Shown one piece after another: positions 37,356-51,322 of a stretch of 64,000 nucleotides of DNA (within the stretch, counting starts at the first letter, position 1; every line of letters begins with the position of its first letter). Made by a program: the position numbers and the translations under genes. The stretch is from Paraphysomonas bandaiensis (taxonomy: Eukaryota; Protista; Chrysophyceae). Where the stretch lies: assembly GCA_965644295.1 (NCBI GenBank), contig CBFFRP010000430.1, forward strand, positions 124,001 through 188,000, read 5' to 3'. The notes beneath the pieces are model-generated. The model saw nothing but the letters and a program-made list of their open reading frames with translations, did no database searches and was not told where the DNA came from.

Positions 37356-38016
37356 CGTACAATAAATTAAATTTGAATGATTTTAAAAATCGATTGAATT
37401 TGCTTGTTACAAGTTGAGAGGTGAAAGATTCGGGATTGCATATTACAGCCGCTTTGTGTACTTGTGTCCCGTGATGCAGCAGCAACTATATTGGAAAAAA
37501 GGAGTAGATTGGGGTAAACCGAACGGGCCTATATATGCAGTTATATACAGCAGTGTACCACTGTGTAGACTTTTCTTTACTTTTTTTTTGTGGTGGTGAT
37601 GTGACGGAAAGAATAGAACACACTGAAATATTCTTGTCTGTTTAAGATATATAAATAGAAATCCATTTTTATTCGATTTTTTTGTATATTTAGTCCGTAC
37701 ACCGGACCGAAATACTGTCATCCAATGATTTGTCTACAATATACAGTATCCTGTAAACCAAAGAAGTCCCATCCGTACTAGTTACGAAGTGAGGGGAAGA
37801 GTGGATAGATTTTCTGTATATGGTTGGATGTATATGGTGTTTGTATATGGTATATTCCTATTGTAGATTCTATAGGCTAGACCATATACAACAACCACCC
37901 CACAAGGTGTGTATGAAGGATCCACACACCTTCGCTATCACTAATTGATACACATACACTTCTAGTACATAGAAACATACATACACACTATCTCATATAT
38001 ATATATATATACTTAC

Positions 38017-41000
38017 ATGATGGATAGTAATGAAAGGAGTAATGATCATGAGCATAAGCTCAATATTACCCCTATACCACCTTCATCAAAGAACTTTTAT
38101 CTCCATGATTCACCGAATGTAGGAGTTGGATATATGCCCCCACAAGATATCGTTCGTATCCCATCAATTGAAACAATACGACCAAATCAATACCCTATAC
38201 CACAATCTAATCTTGTTACAGATACAGAGAAGATGTATCGTATATCATCTGCTGTCAGTGGGACAGAGATGTCACGTAGAGAGACTGATACACCATATGC
38301 TCCTGTTAAACACATATCTCCCTTTACGATACCAACTGATATACCTACTATACCTATACCATCACGACCATCTGTTGGGGAAGTGAAGAGGGAGAGAACA
38401 TCAACTACTCATACACCACTTGGTCAGTATGCTGCACAAATTCATGCCCAAGCAAAGCTGAATGCACCACCTAATGAGAATGATGATGATGATGATGACG
38501 ATAGTTCGGTTTGTCCTCAGGGCACTGAAGCTACAGGGCGATGGACAAAGAAAGAGCATGAACTTTTCCTAGAGGCCCTCAAAAAATACGGGAAGGAGTG
38601 GAAGAAAGTCGCTGCCATGGTAAAGACACGCACAGTAGTCCAAACACGCACACATGCCCAGAAGTATTTTCAGAAGGTTCAAAAATACGTATATCCAGAT
38701 GCGAGTGCGGGTGGGCCCTATGAGGATGTACATGTACCCATGGGTGTGAATCCCTCTTCTGATGGCGGTAGCGGGCAGAAGTCCTCTGCCTCTGGAAAGC
38801 GCTCCCGCAGTGACATGGAACAACGCACACGGTCTGGGAACGTTGCTCACAGTCAGCAACAAATTTCCCACGGGTCGAAGCAAATTGACGATGACTATTT
38901 CTATTACGAATCGGAGCTCCCACCAGCCCTGCGCAACATGACACCGGCCAAGATCCCGGCCCCTTTGCACATCCCTTCTCGCAAGAATCTTGACCTGCCT
39001 CCGCCCTCACCCGCTTCTTGTGGAAAGCGAAAGGCTGCAGAAGTGGCAGTGGCTCAGGCACTGACAGGGTCAGCTTCTCCGGTAGACATGGAAAGTGGAA
39101 TCCAGGCTTTGGCATCAATGAAGGAGGCTGTGTTGCGTCCACACCCAGCCTTGCGACCAACCACATCCTCGGGATCCACTTCTGGTAGCCTAGGCGGCCT
39201 CTCAATCATAAATCCCGAACACCTTCCTTCTGCCTCCACTCGGTCTGAAGATGAACCACACACGCCCTGGGATGGTGATATGCGTGAGCTTGAGAAGAAG
39301 CAGCAGCAGTCATCTGCTGTGCAGTTGTTGGTTTCCACCACAGCAGAGCAAAACGAGTTCATCGGGAAGGTTTGCGCCGCGGTATCGGCCGGCGATGTTG
39401 TAGGTCTCGCAAAGCTTTTAGAGGCCGCCAAGCTGTCAGAGTCTTTGACTCCGGATGAGTCAACGGGAAGTGATGCCAACAGATCCATCACACCTGTACA
39501 GTCCTCACCTGCACCTATGCCCTCTCCCCAACACACTACAATGGCCCCTCCCACTTCCAACAGTAGCACGACCAAGACAGGGGGTGCTAATAAGGCACAA
39601 TCCATTGTTACGGACATGCTGAATCGTGTAAACGATAACGGGGAGTCTGCACTCATGATTGCCTGCTATGGAGGCACGAGTAAGAGGCGTATTGAACAGC
39701 AGAAGGTGGTAGAAATGTGCAAACTCCTTGTGGATGCTGGGGCCTCTCTCTCTCTGGCCAATAAACGCATGCAGACATGTCTGCACATTGCTGCAGAACA
39801 AGGATTCGATTCGGTTGCTCGCTATGTAGTTCTTAAAGGTTGCCCAGTAAATGACGCTGATGAGAATGGTGACACAGCGGCACATATTGCCGCCCGTTGT
39901 GGGCACGTTAAAGTGTTACAGGTGTTATCCAATTGTGGTGCGAACTGCCACCTGCGAAACCATAACGCACGCTGTGCTCTAGACGTAGCTGTTGACAATC
40001 CAACCCATGATATCTCACGTAAGGATATGCGCCAGGCTATGTTGCTGCTGGAACCCCGGTTGCGTTCTCTCATACTTTATCATGAAGACTGTCTCGAGCA
40101 TGCTGCTCGTCGTGAGTCCGATTGGGAGGGACCCGACAGGCTGAAGGGTATCATGTCATTGCTCATGGGTAGCAATACGTTCGCTAACTATGAGATTGAA
40201 ATATCTAATCAGTTCGAGAAGGCACATGTAGAACTGTTGAGTCGAGTACACTCTCCGGACTACATCGCATTCGTTAATGCTTTGTCCAAGCAAGTACAGG
40301 AGTCAGGAAAGGCTTCCACCGCCGCTGTGCCATTTACACCGCACGTTCAGAAGACGATGTTGCGGCAGGATTCTTCTGAGACAAAGCACCCAGAAGTCTG
40401 TGATACATCATTCTCCAGTGGCACACTTAAAGCCGCTAGGCGTGCTGCGGGAGCTGTGGCACATGCTGTAGATCGTGTACTACTGGGCAGAAACCGGAAT
40501 GCGTTTTGTGTTGTACGCCCTCCTGGTCATCACGCTGGGTACAGAGGGTTACTAGATGGCGCCAAATCTTGCGGGTTTTGTATATTCAATTCCGTGGCAG
40601 CTGGAGCGCTGCATGCGTTAGAGGCTCATCACTGTGAACGTGTAGCAATTATTGACATCGATGTACACCACGGTGAGAACACGTCCATTCATGAACAATC
40701 ATATCTTATTAATATACTCCGTCTGTAATAGGTAATGGCACCGAGGATATAGTACGCCGCTATCAACATCCTTCGCGGCTGTTTTTCTTCAGCCTTCATT
40801 TATACGAGAAGGAAGAGGATATTTCGTACGAGTTCTTCCCAGGAAGCGGGGGAGAGGATGACACCACACATAACATCATTAATGTGCCTATCCCTCCTAT
40901 GTGGCAGGAAACGAATGCGACTTCCCACAGCACTCGATCATCTAAGCCGTCTACTTCTGTGAGTACCGTTACTGCGATTAGTGTTCTGTATTTTCTGATT

Positions 41001-41521
41001 CGTACTGTTTTATGCAGATGACACGCACCGGTAGGGATGCATTCAAGCAGGCCATCACTCAACGTTTGATCCCAGCCTTGCGCGCGTTCTCGCCTGACCT
41101 CATTCTGCTGTCTACTGGTAGGATATTCATCAAATTAGCTACCCCTTGTATTAATTGCATGTACGTTTGCTTGCGACTAGGCTTTGACTGCGCAGAGGGA
41201 GACGTTGGAAATATGCGCAATAGCTCCACAGTTCCTGGTGCCTCCCCTGCCCGGGGCATGAATCTCAAGCCTATAGACTTTGAATGGGTAACAATGGAGC
41301 TTGTAAAAATATCGGATATATGCTGCAACGGTAGGCTGGTGAGCGTATTGGAAGGGGGGTATGGGTCGTATGCTGTGCCTGGTGGGTCCAACAACAAGAG
41401 CTCACAAAAGGGCACAGGAGGGGGGCTTGATCGAAATATACTATCTGAGGCTGCGTGTGCTCATGTTTCCAGGCTTGTGGATCCGTATGGATACGTTGAG
41501 CCGACGTCTCCATCACCTTAG
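38017..41521 (+). CDS. SHAQKYF-class Myb + ankyrin repeats + class II-like histone deacetylase fusion protein
   Basis: Myb GRWTKKEHELFLEAL..RTHAQKYF; ankyrin GESALMIAC, QTCLHIAA, GDTAAHIAARCGH; HDAC RPPGHHA, GFCIFN, DIDVHHG|NGT, STG|FD, LEGGY across three introns. Confidence 0.92.
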
Positions 41522-41859
41522 GAGAAAATATTGTGTAGATTAATAAAATATGTTGAGAGTAATGTTGTGAAGATATTAACACCACTGGTGGTAATAATGA
41601 TGCCTTTGGCGTCGATTTAACCCGGCTCCTCGAACGAGCTGGTATAGTACTAGTCTAGAATTGTATTATAGAATGCAGCAAACTTGCCGTATATGTGTTA
41701 AAGTAGTCGTAAACTCTTGACAATGGGCGGATGAGTGTTCAACTATAATCTATACATTCCTGACAAAAGATATGTCTACCACGTACTTGCTTTCATTTTA
41801 TCTCAATGGTTACTGCAGACTCATACTTGACATACTACATTAATTGTATGTATCGACAT

Positions 41860-43086
41860 CAGGGCTAGGAAACAATATATTGTAAAATATATTGATTGGT
41901 CGACCTGCCTGTGAAGTTTTGCTGTTTGTGAGCAATTAAAAGCTGTAGTTTCCAAGATATTGGAATTATATCCGTTACTTAAAGAATACAGTAGTAGCTA
42001 GCTGTATTATGAGAACCAATAATATGATAGTCATTGTAGTGATGAAACTGAAATATACTGACTGTACAAGATAGTGACGATGTAAGATCGTACTAGAAAT
42101 GGTTGGCGTAGTAGAGATAAAAAGAGTTGGTGAACGTCAATGAATGAAGTATGGTATCACTTATAATTATATAATATTCTATACAAGTGTTTATCAAGGT
42201 CTTATTATACTGGAAATGTCAATTTCTAACACGGCCAAAAATCCCATCAATATTGTTTCTGTTAAAGTAGCTCACAATATATTGCAATCAATATTATGAT
42301 AGTCATATAAGAAAAGATTCTCAACTGTAGGGTGCAAAATGGATATAACTACTCCGGAAAATAAGAAAAAGCCTATTTTGGGTATTATTTTTTATATTTT
42401 ATGCATCGCCAGCTCAAACAGTACTCTACACATGTATGTACAGTCACTTAATATGTAAAGTATATATATTCATACTGATAAATAAGATGAATGCATACAA
42501 GAGTAGAGATAATTACCGCTGTTTTTGGAGTCTGGTTGAAAGAAAACAAACAAGACCTGAGAAAGTTTGAAAGAGTTTCCAAGCTGCTTCAAACAGGAGG
42601 ATCAAGTCAAGTAAATCTTTACCTCCAATACATGGGAACGTTTGTTCAGCGCAGCTAAACATATTATATCAGTGTTGCGCAAAAGTATCCATCCTACTTA
42701 GTATGCTGTTGTTTCTGAAAGCTAATCGACAGTTGAGGCCGGATACTAGCATACTTCAATTAATTCTGTGAATGAATATTACGATGATGTTGACGTCACC
42801 GATGCATGATGGCTCAGAGGATGAGGACGAGGTGGATTTTTATTAGCTATAAGCAGTAGTTGGTTTGGTTGTTATGTGATCTTATTAGTGACTAAAACTA
42901 AAAATGGAATCTATGGATGTGTTTACTTACCGATTAGTCATACTAATATATTGCAATACATTGTACAATATATTGCAATATATTGTTGTAATTATTGTAT
43001 TGTTGGGCCTGTTTAAAATCTCTATCAATAGTATTGTTGGAACGCTCTGTAACAATAGTATTGCAATATATTGTTTCCTAGCCCTG
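41860..43086 (+). mobile_element. Internally deleted hAT DNA transposon
   Basis: TIR CAGGGCTAGGAAACAATATATTG / CAATATATTGTTTCCTAGCCCTG; 8-bp TSD ATCGACAT / ATCTACAT; hAT dimerization-domain remnant SNTWERLFSAAKHIISVLRKSIHP..MLLFLKAN at ~42625-42730. Confidence 0.9.
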
Positions 43087-43204
43087 ATCTACATCACCAT
43101 ATTATTAGAGGGAATTTAGGGAACATCTTGCTGAAACACAACCAACTCCTACATGAACGAACTACGAGAAGTGGCAATTCGTTATAGAGTACAATAATAT
43201 GAGT

Positions 43205-43492
43205 CAGTGCTTAATTCTGATATTCTACTATTTAACGCTTCGAAAGCAGCTTGTCACCGCAAGCACCAAGGTGCAACCACTTTCTCTCCAGGCGGGGCCA
43301 TTCCCGGATGCTTGTTTATTCGACAAGGCCCAAAGACGTCCACACAAAAGCAACACTTATTACATTCCCTTCTACCACACAAGCATTTGGCTATGACTAT
43401 ACATGCGGCTCACGTTTGTTTCCGGGAAATATATATCCAGTACTTATTCCCCAAAACACCACGAAAAGGTTCGAGTCCGACTTTGTTGAAGG
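43205..43492 (-). repeat. Dispersed repeat family S copy
   Basis: Matches 59625-59950 in opposite orientation; its end matches 4655-4705. Confidence 0.75.
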
Positions 43493-43559
43493 AGAAAATG
43501 CTAGTGGTGGCAGTTGCTGCTTGGTAACTACGTAACTACCACACTATATTATCAACAAG

Positions 43560-44850
43560 TAAATGTCTGTTTTATTAGTAAATAAATAGTCAGATTAATA
43601 GCTAGATGATGAACAAACTAGTAGTCTATATTGAAAATCTGATTATTAAGAAGCGCAAGCTTGTGCGTTGCCGCGACCAACCTAACAACTCGCGCGACAC
43701 TATGCATAACATGACTCTCATCTAGTTACTATTGCATGCACCGACAAGTGCTCAACTATACAACACGATTTAGTTAGCTACATGGGCATACGACGAGTTG
43801 CGTGTTTAAGCCGGATCATACGCTCCTGCCCAATCTACTTGTCCTAACACAAACAACTTGCGGTCGGTGTCTTCGGCATATGTCTCCTGTATATGCGGCA
43901 GATCTTTAGGGCCCTCTTCAAGGTGGTGTTCACAGCAGCAGGTAGTCTGGAAGGGAGAATAAAGTAGCTATAGCGCCGGGTCCTCCCACGGTCACGAAGC
44001 GGTCTCACTGGTGCAATTTTGCACACTGACGCATGAAACAGACATCTACCAAAATCTGTTACAAATTCAAGCTGACTCCAATGTCTTCCTTCCATTGTGT
44101 GCACTCATCCAGCACATGCATCCACCTTGCACTCTTCTCCCGAGTGACTTACACTAGTAGGAAACCGTGCACCTTCCCCGCTCGGATGAAAACCTACTAA
44201 GCAAGAATAACATAAAAGCACCACAAATGTACCTGACACTGCTTGGAGAACAGTGCCAGAGCCTTGATATAATCTCAATGACCTGGGTCAGGAGAAACCA
44301 AGACTAGGCAGTAGACGTGTGAGAAGACATGACAGGTCTAATCACATCATTGCCATTGCCATGCATCCATGAGGAAAGTTTGACGCATTACCTCGGTCAT
44401 TGGCCGGCCACACAGATACCGAATAATGTGAACTCATACTCAGCATCAATCACTCAAAGCAAACGCAGGGAGCAAGCAGAATGTTGATATACCTGACATC
44501 TGCTGACTTCAGGTGTTTTGAGTTCTTAAGGTGAACATCCCGGATGCTTAACTTCAGCAGGCAGCCCAATACCCCGGTTACCCTTCTGGTGGGCCCTGTC
44601 CCGGATGCCCTTGAGGTGGGCCCATTCCCGGATGCCTGTTTATTCGTCAGGGCCCAAAGACGTCTACACAAGTGACACTTATTAGTGTCCCTTGTACCAC
44701 ACAAGCATTTGGCTATGAGTGGGCAGAAAACTAGTAGTCTAATAGCTAGATAAGCATCTACCATTTACTAACTAGTGCAAACTTATATAGTCTACTATTC
44801 AACGCGACAAATATTGTGCGTTACCGCAAGCACCAAGGTGCGACCATTCT
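43560..44850 (-). mobile_element. Composite decayed non-LTR-retrotransposon-like sequence (family L joined to family S)
   Basis: Homologous to 59485-60690 (same strand) and 60735-61243 (opposite strand). The minus-strand remnant has C..CKS..RWMHVLDEC, resembling a LINE C-terminal CCHC finger, with stops. Confidence 0.55.
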
Positions 44851-45621
44851 AGCTATATACTCATAGATGTGTGTGTAGGGGACGTTGTACGACGTACAGC
44901 ATGACAAGTGAAAGCAGTGATCTCAGTCTACTACTGTTACACTGAAACGCTTATTACTACACATAAATTTTGTGCAATTTGCATCGGGGACTGCATTTTG
45001 TGCCTCACGGTAGGCACTAGCGGAAGCAACAATACTATATTATCGTCATGCCATAGTTTTACTATATCTCATATCATTTCTTGGTTATGTTACTAATTAG
45101 CTTTTTCCTTGCTTATACCTTAAAAAATCTGAATTCTGCTCAATAAAGAAATGACAACAATACTCAGTCTTTAAAACTCAACACCTTCCGTAAATATAGT
45201 TATACTAAACATACTCCCACATACATCGTTCTATATATATATATCCCCTTTCTTGTGTAGCATAGCATGTAATACAACAATACTGGGTGATTCAAGTACG
45301 AAAAAAGACATCATTAGGTTATAAGTACGTCAATAGGAATTGAGAACGATACAAAAGCATTCCACATACCAAGAATTGCTTATATATATATATAGAAAAC
45401 CACAACTATAGAAACCAACTTCCACCACATTTATTCCACATCCAGCTACTATATGATCTACATACTTCTTCGAAGCGTTACCTACTGCGCAATTAACACC
45501 ACAATATATATACGAAACTAAATACTTCTGAAAATCCAAGCACACTTGAACTTAGAAATTGAATGTCAACAATCAGTTTTCTGTAGACGATTTAGCATAT
45601 TGATCAATCTTCGTGAGGCAA

Positions 45622-48556
45622 CTACAATGCCGTGAGACTGTGGTTGAGAATTTCTGATCGGGCATACTCTATGGCAGAAGTTAATAAACTCCTTAAAACC
45701 GATACCGACATCACTTGAGCTCGAAAGTAAGTGTCTCCACACTTTTCGAAAGTTACCTCCGTATCTAACTCGCTGCAATTAAGTACTATAATGGTAAGGC
45801 GAGAACAAGCATACCTCTTAAATCCACGAACTACTTCTGTCAAGTGTTTGACATTCCATAAACGAAACGCATCGTGTTCAGATATCGAAGTGGTGAGATC
45901 AATGTCCTCCTCCTCAAAGACACATGTGGTAGCACAGGACCATAGAGGCACCATCCAGTCCTATAATTGCGATAAGAAGAAAATTTGAACATAAATAAGG
46001 ATAGCAATGTGCTACCTGCACACCATCGTAAACTTGTGCAAATAGAAAGGGGTCAATTGCATTGTTCTTCCTAAGTCTGGAGCCCATGGTCTCACATGCA
46101 TGAAATTCTTCGGTATCTACGTCGCTATCAGAGTCAGCAATATCACTGTCCGACGGCCATGTGCACCCCCACAGACTACACTCCAATGCATCCAGACCTG
46201 TGTCTTCATTCTCAGCACGCATACAAACTGTAGGGTGCAAGTTATTAAGACGGTGTGCATCTTTATCAACTCTCCACAGACGTAGACAAGCACACAAGCG
46301 GGGAGCAAGTGATGATCGATATCGCGTGTATACGTCAAAAGTGCCGTTTACTTCCATTAGCTTTTCGCGAACCAATTCGTCTCCTACGACAACATTCGGT
46401 GAACCTACTTGTCGTTTGCCGAACCTACAATTGGGGGGTGGCAGCAATGCCACAATAATAGACCCCGGGGAAGATAAAAGCATTTCACACTCTCTACTAG
46501 TATCGAGATGCTGAACAGCTAGACACTCTTCCTTCTCTACAGGCACATGCACAGGACCATCCCCCGAGTCACTGTTTTCCACAGGTCGAAATAAGGGTGG
46601 GATATCCGCTTGATAACATGACCCTACTTTCGATGTCTTGGGAACACATTCTCTGAGGGAAGTAAGAGAATTGCAGCGTTTTTTTCGGGGCTCTTTAGTC
46701 TCATCGTTGTCTCCCTCACCCTCACCCTCAACACTGGAGCTAGTAACATCACTCCCTCCTTCATCCCTGCTCTCAATGTCTGTCTCCTCTTCGATGCCAC
46801 CACCTACATTTACTTCAGGCTCCTCAAAGCAACTCAACTTTTGATGCTGCAGGAGTTTTGACGGTTCATGCTTGCTATTGCTTTTCGCTCTGCGGATTGC
46901 AGTGACTAGTTCTGGGCGCCCCTTAATGAACTGAGGGTGGTAATAGCAACCTTTATCGGCTAGTTTAGTTCGACGAAAACGATATAGATTGAGCTGACGC
47001 TGGAAACTTGTAAAATTCGAATCTATTACAGAGCGTGAGATTTAGGTAGAAAATATAACATCTTACGTTTGAAATAGGCAGGAAGTACAGTTTTCACAAA
47101 TGCACTGACGTCAATTATCCTAAATGCCTTGCCTTCCCCGTGCCAGGCTATCACACTAGGGTCTCCGTTCTCAATGAGTCGGTGCAGTTTCATAGGAAAT
47201 GACATTTGCCTGTGGTGTGTGTATTCGGTGCAGGGTAAGAAATTCGGTACGCTTTCGCTAGGACCCGAAAAACTGGCAGACATAGTATCAGGTCCACGCA
47301 GTCTGGGCTTCTTGACTTGATGCCTCTCGTTCGCTTCGTCCGCATGACTTCGCAGTCGATCCAAGGGAAGCAGGCCTATACCAGCTGAGTCCATGTTATG
47401 ATAATTCGCTGATGACTGAGCTACTGGAGGGAATAGTGGTCCATCAGTTCGAAGTGTTGTGAAAGCATGTATTTCGTTAACGAGTGATAAAATCGTAGAA
47501 CACCATCGGGCCCTGCCCAGTGAACAACTTCAGAACCGTATAAAATATATTCAAAATGAATCACAACTCCATACATACCTCGCAACAAGCTTATGGTCTT
47601 TTCCAGTGTACTTGGCATCACGCTCCATAGATGAAAACATTGATCGCTCTTCCACATTATTTTCCCACCATATCGCGAACTGATAGGGCTCTGTCCAGTA
47701 CGTGGAGCTATCAGTGGCGACAAAATTTGTCCCTCCAAAGAGAGCCTCGTCGACTACCGTATTTGGAGCACAACATGCCGCCTGCACATATAATGATACT
47801 ATTAGACAAACAAACGATAAGAATATATAAACGACCTTGGCGTCACGAAGCCAGGACAGCACGAGCTCCTGTTTGCACGTCATAGAGTTCGCACGTTGCA
47901 CTTTTCTAGAGTAATCTCTAAACCGCTCCAAAACTGGTACCACATGTCACATGTAATGAATAACAAAGAAGAGCATATACACCTCGCACTATAAAAACTC
48001 TCGAACAAGTAGGCGAATGATTACTTATACGACTGTCTTTCGAAAGTAAATCAGTGTTAGATTGAATGCGTCGAGCTTCCTCGACTAAATCATTCACAAG
48101 ATTCTGAAGTCTAAGAACAAATTGTCAAGAAGAGTATATACCACTAACAAAATCCATCCAACCTGTCTAGTAGTGTATTCATATCACAGTAGTGTTCAAA
48201 ACTCGGGGCGAGAGCATATAGTCTTTCCTCAGCATTGCTCGATACTTCTGCCACACTCTGTCTCCATGCCTCACTTTGATGAGTTCGACGACTAGAGATA
48301 AGACAAAAGATATGTTGCCTCAGAAAATCTCTTGTGGGGATATGACTGGATGAGTGCCAGTGATGTGTAGTTTGAGGAGACTGTGACAGTAATGAGGCCA
48401 CAGCTGATACCTGCATATATATGAGTAATACGGTTCAAAAATACGGCACAATCTAACCACAGGAGAGGCATTCGGGGTATATTCAGAGGAATGTATTGAT
48501 AGAGAGTCACTGGATTGATTCATTGTGGAGTGGTGCATTGTTTTAATAGGTAACAT
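45622..48556 (-). CDS. Transcription regulator: KIX_2-like N-terminus + HSF-type DNA-binding domain + ELM2-like motif, multi-exon
   Basis: Spliced frame is continuous from MLPIKT (48556) through EERLYALAPSFEHYCDMNTLLDRLQ to HSF FPMKLHRLI..VIAW..GKAFRI..LPAYFK|HSNFTSFQRQLNLYRF..YYHPQF and SKVGSCYQADIP. Confidence 0.8.
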
Positions 48557-49428
48557 ATGTATGACTATTAGTGTATGTATGTATAGATATAAGCTCAGTT
48601 ACACAGAGATAAGATGATTAATCTTCATATACATTGATATCAATTGCAAGAGTATAATGATGTATGTATGAGAGCATATGAGTGCATGGAATAGTGTTCT
48701 TAATGCATATATATGCATGCATCTGCTTGTTGTCCTGTTAGCTTAACAAAATTATCAGTCCACAGCCGTTAATACACACATATATACAGGACTGTATATC
48801 TGTGTATACGGTATGTATATGTATGTATATGTATGCAGAGATGCCATATATTGGACTGTAGTGTAGTATTAGGTATACTGCTGTATACCATGTATACCCA
48901 TATGTGCTTCATCGTACACAACATCCTCTACACCGTACCCACTATACAGAGTCACCGTACATACCGTACCCGTCACCGTACACCATATTCTGTGCACCAT
49001 ACGTCATATACACTCACCGTTCATCACACTACCATCTACTGTACATGCTTCTAGAACACTCGATTCCTATATTTTCAGCTTTTTTAAAGCAGGGGTTTTA
49101 TAAATACCATACTGGTATGTACATGTCTGTATGTACAGTATGTATGTATGTATGTATGTATGTATGTATGTATGGTGTACTGCTGTACTGTACATATCTA
49201 TATATATACACACCACTATATGCATGTATGTCCCAGATGGCATATCCTCATGGCTCTATCTGTATAAGTATAAGAATGAATGTGATCTTTCCATTAAACT
49301 TTTATGTTATAATGTTTGTTCATTACAACTTGTTACTGACATCTACTCTTCTCAACCAATCACAGTATGTTAAATGTCTATCAACTAGCATCGGACTATG
49401 TGTCCATTGCATGTCCATCACACGTCAT

Positions 49429-49429
<1 letters not shown>

Positions 49430-49471
<42 letters not shown>
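49430..49471 (+). repeat. (GATA)n microsatellite
   Basis: About 10 perfect units. Confidence 0.95.
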
Positions 49472-50602
49472 CAAGTATCTCCTAGACAACCACATATCTT
49501 TACAAAGCTAACATTACAATGAGAACATTAACTTCTTATGTAAGTTATTGTATTTATCTCATTGAATCAAACATACAGAATCATGATACATCAATCATTA
49601 ACCCTAATCGACCATCTATAGGATTGATGATATGCTAAGTACATCCATGCCTATAAAATATTATTGGAGTTACAATCTAAAAGGATGAAATGACGATATT
49701 CTATGAAAGAATGTTACATAAATACATATATATAATGTACGGGACTGTATAATCTGCCAAAAAAACACGATGGTTTTACCAAAGCTGGCAGGCTCAGCAT
49801 CGGTCTAAATCGCACTCTAATATCAGTGTTTGGTATATGTTATTGTTTCCACTTGTCGTTTATGATTCAACATAACTTACTAATGTCAGCAAAAAAACAT
49901 TTGTTACAGTTCTACCATTTATAATCTTTAAGTTAGTTTACATACCAGATATTATGTCGAAAACTTTTCATCAGAGAGACTTAAGTTATTAGGACGTATT
50001 TATGTATTGCCTCGTGTCGAAGAAGCTTCAAGTGAGTGTCTTATTATTAGCAATAGGTGTTTAAGACGAAAAAGCTTAATATTAGTTGAACGGTTAGTAG
50101 GTACAAGACGAGGATAGAATTGTCGCTTGCAGGGATTGAAACACTACAGTGGATACGTTTGGTATTCTAAATTCTAAATGTTATCAACACAACTGTAGTG
50201 TTTTTGCATAGTATTGCTTTTTATCATCAACTTATTATGTGAATGTACCCTTGCATGATATTATTACTTATAACTTAGCAACATTTGTAAAATACTTACA
50301 GTAGATCCTACGGCTACGACACAATTCTACACAACTTTAATATTTAAATAAAATAAATTTTAGTAATATATAGCTACTAATCTGAATCCTATTGCTAAAT
50401 AAACAGACATTTACTACCTGCTGCTCTCCCTGGTGCCTGCCGTGAGGCATACAATGCAGTCCCTGATGCAAATTGTATGTTTAGTCTTAAGCTTTCCAGT
50501 GTAACAGTAGTAGGCTTAGATTACTGCTTTCACTTGTCATGCTGTACGCTGTACAACGTCCCTGCCTTACATACACAAATACACATCTATCAATATAGCG
50601 AG

Positions 50603-50780
50603 AAAGGTCGCACCTTGGTGCTTGCGGTAACGCACCACGCACAAGCAATTCTCGTAGCGTTAGATAGTAGGATATAAGAGTTTGTTTTAGTTAGTAAATG
50701 GTAGATGCTTATCTAGCTATTAGACTAGGTTGTTCATCTATCTACTATTGCTAATTGCTAATAAACATACATTCACCACA
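50603..50780 (+). repeat. Dispersed repeat family S copy (opposite orientation)
   Basis: GGTCGCACCTTGGTGCTTGCGGTAACGCAC..GTAGATGCTTATCTAGCTATTAGACTA is the reverse complement of 44735-44847. Confidence 0.8.
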
Positions 50781-51322
50781 TTGCCCTACTATGCAATCAG
50801 AGTGTTGTCAATAGCAAAAGTACTATTTCATTATGTATTATCACCAAGTCTGTGGTGTTTTTCCCGGTCAGTAAGCGTAGTAGCTAAGATAATGCACCAA
50901 ATCAAATCTATTGCTATGGGGAAGCATTGAATGAGTTTCCGAAGAGTGTATCAAGTTCATTCGCAAAATAACTGTATAGGACAGCTATACGCATTAAGAA
51001 TTCAATTAGAATCGTCCTTGTGTGAGTGGTATACTAGAGATATGCTAAAATAGACCCTTGTATATGCAATAAATGTCGAAATTAAAATAGAAAACAATTT
51101 TATTGTTAAACGCGAGACCGCAGTTGGGGGTACAATAATATAAAAGACAACCACAACACACTATCTTTGAAGGTAAAAAAACAGCAGCACAGTGTAGACG
51201 CTATGGTATTAGACACACTATACACATGTATGTGTATAGTATCAGACAGTTGGTTCCATTCTAATATAATATATGGAAGACTTTAGAGTGTAAACAATGT
51301 ATCGTCAGCAATCACAAGACAA

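Noticed and set aside
38569-40073. Long antisense ORFs opposite the Myb-HDAC gene (and similar ones opposite other genes)
   Set aside because: Shadow frames of GC-richer coding sequence with no motifs.
43468-43485. GGTTCGAGTCC B-box suggesting a tRNA or SINE
   Set aside because: No cloverleaf or A-box. The motif varies among copies (4682, 59645) and reads as a coding remnant (NKVGLEPFRGVLG) on the other strand.
48833-49440. ORFs in TATG/CCGTAC-rich DNA
   Set aside because: Low-complexity promoter-side sequence.
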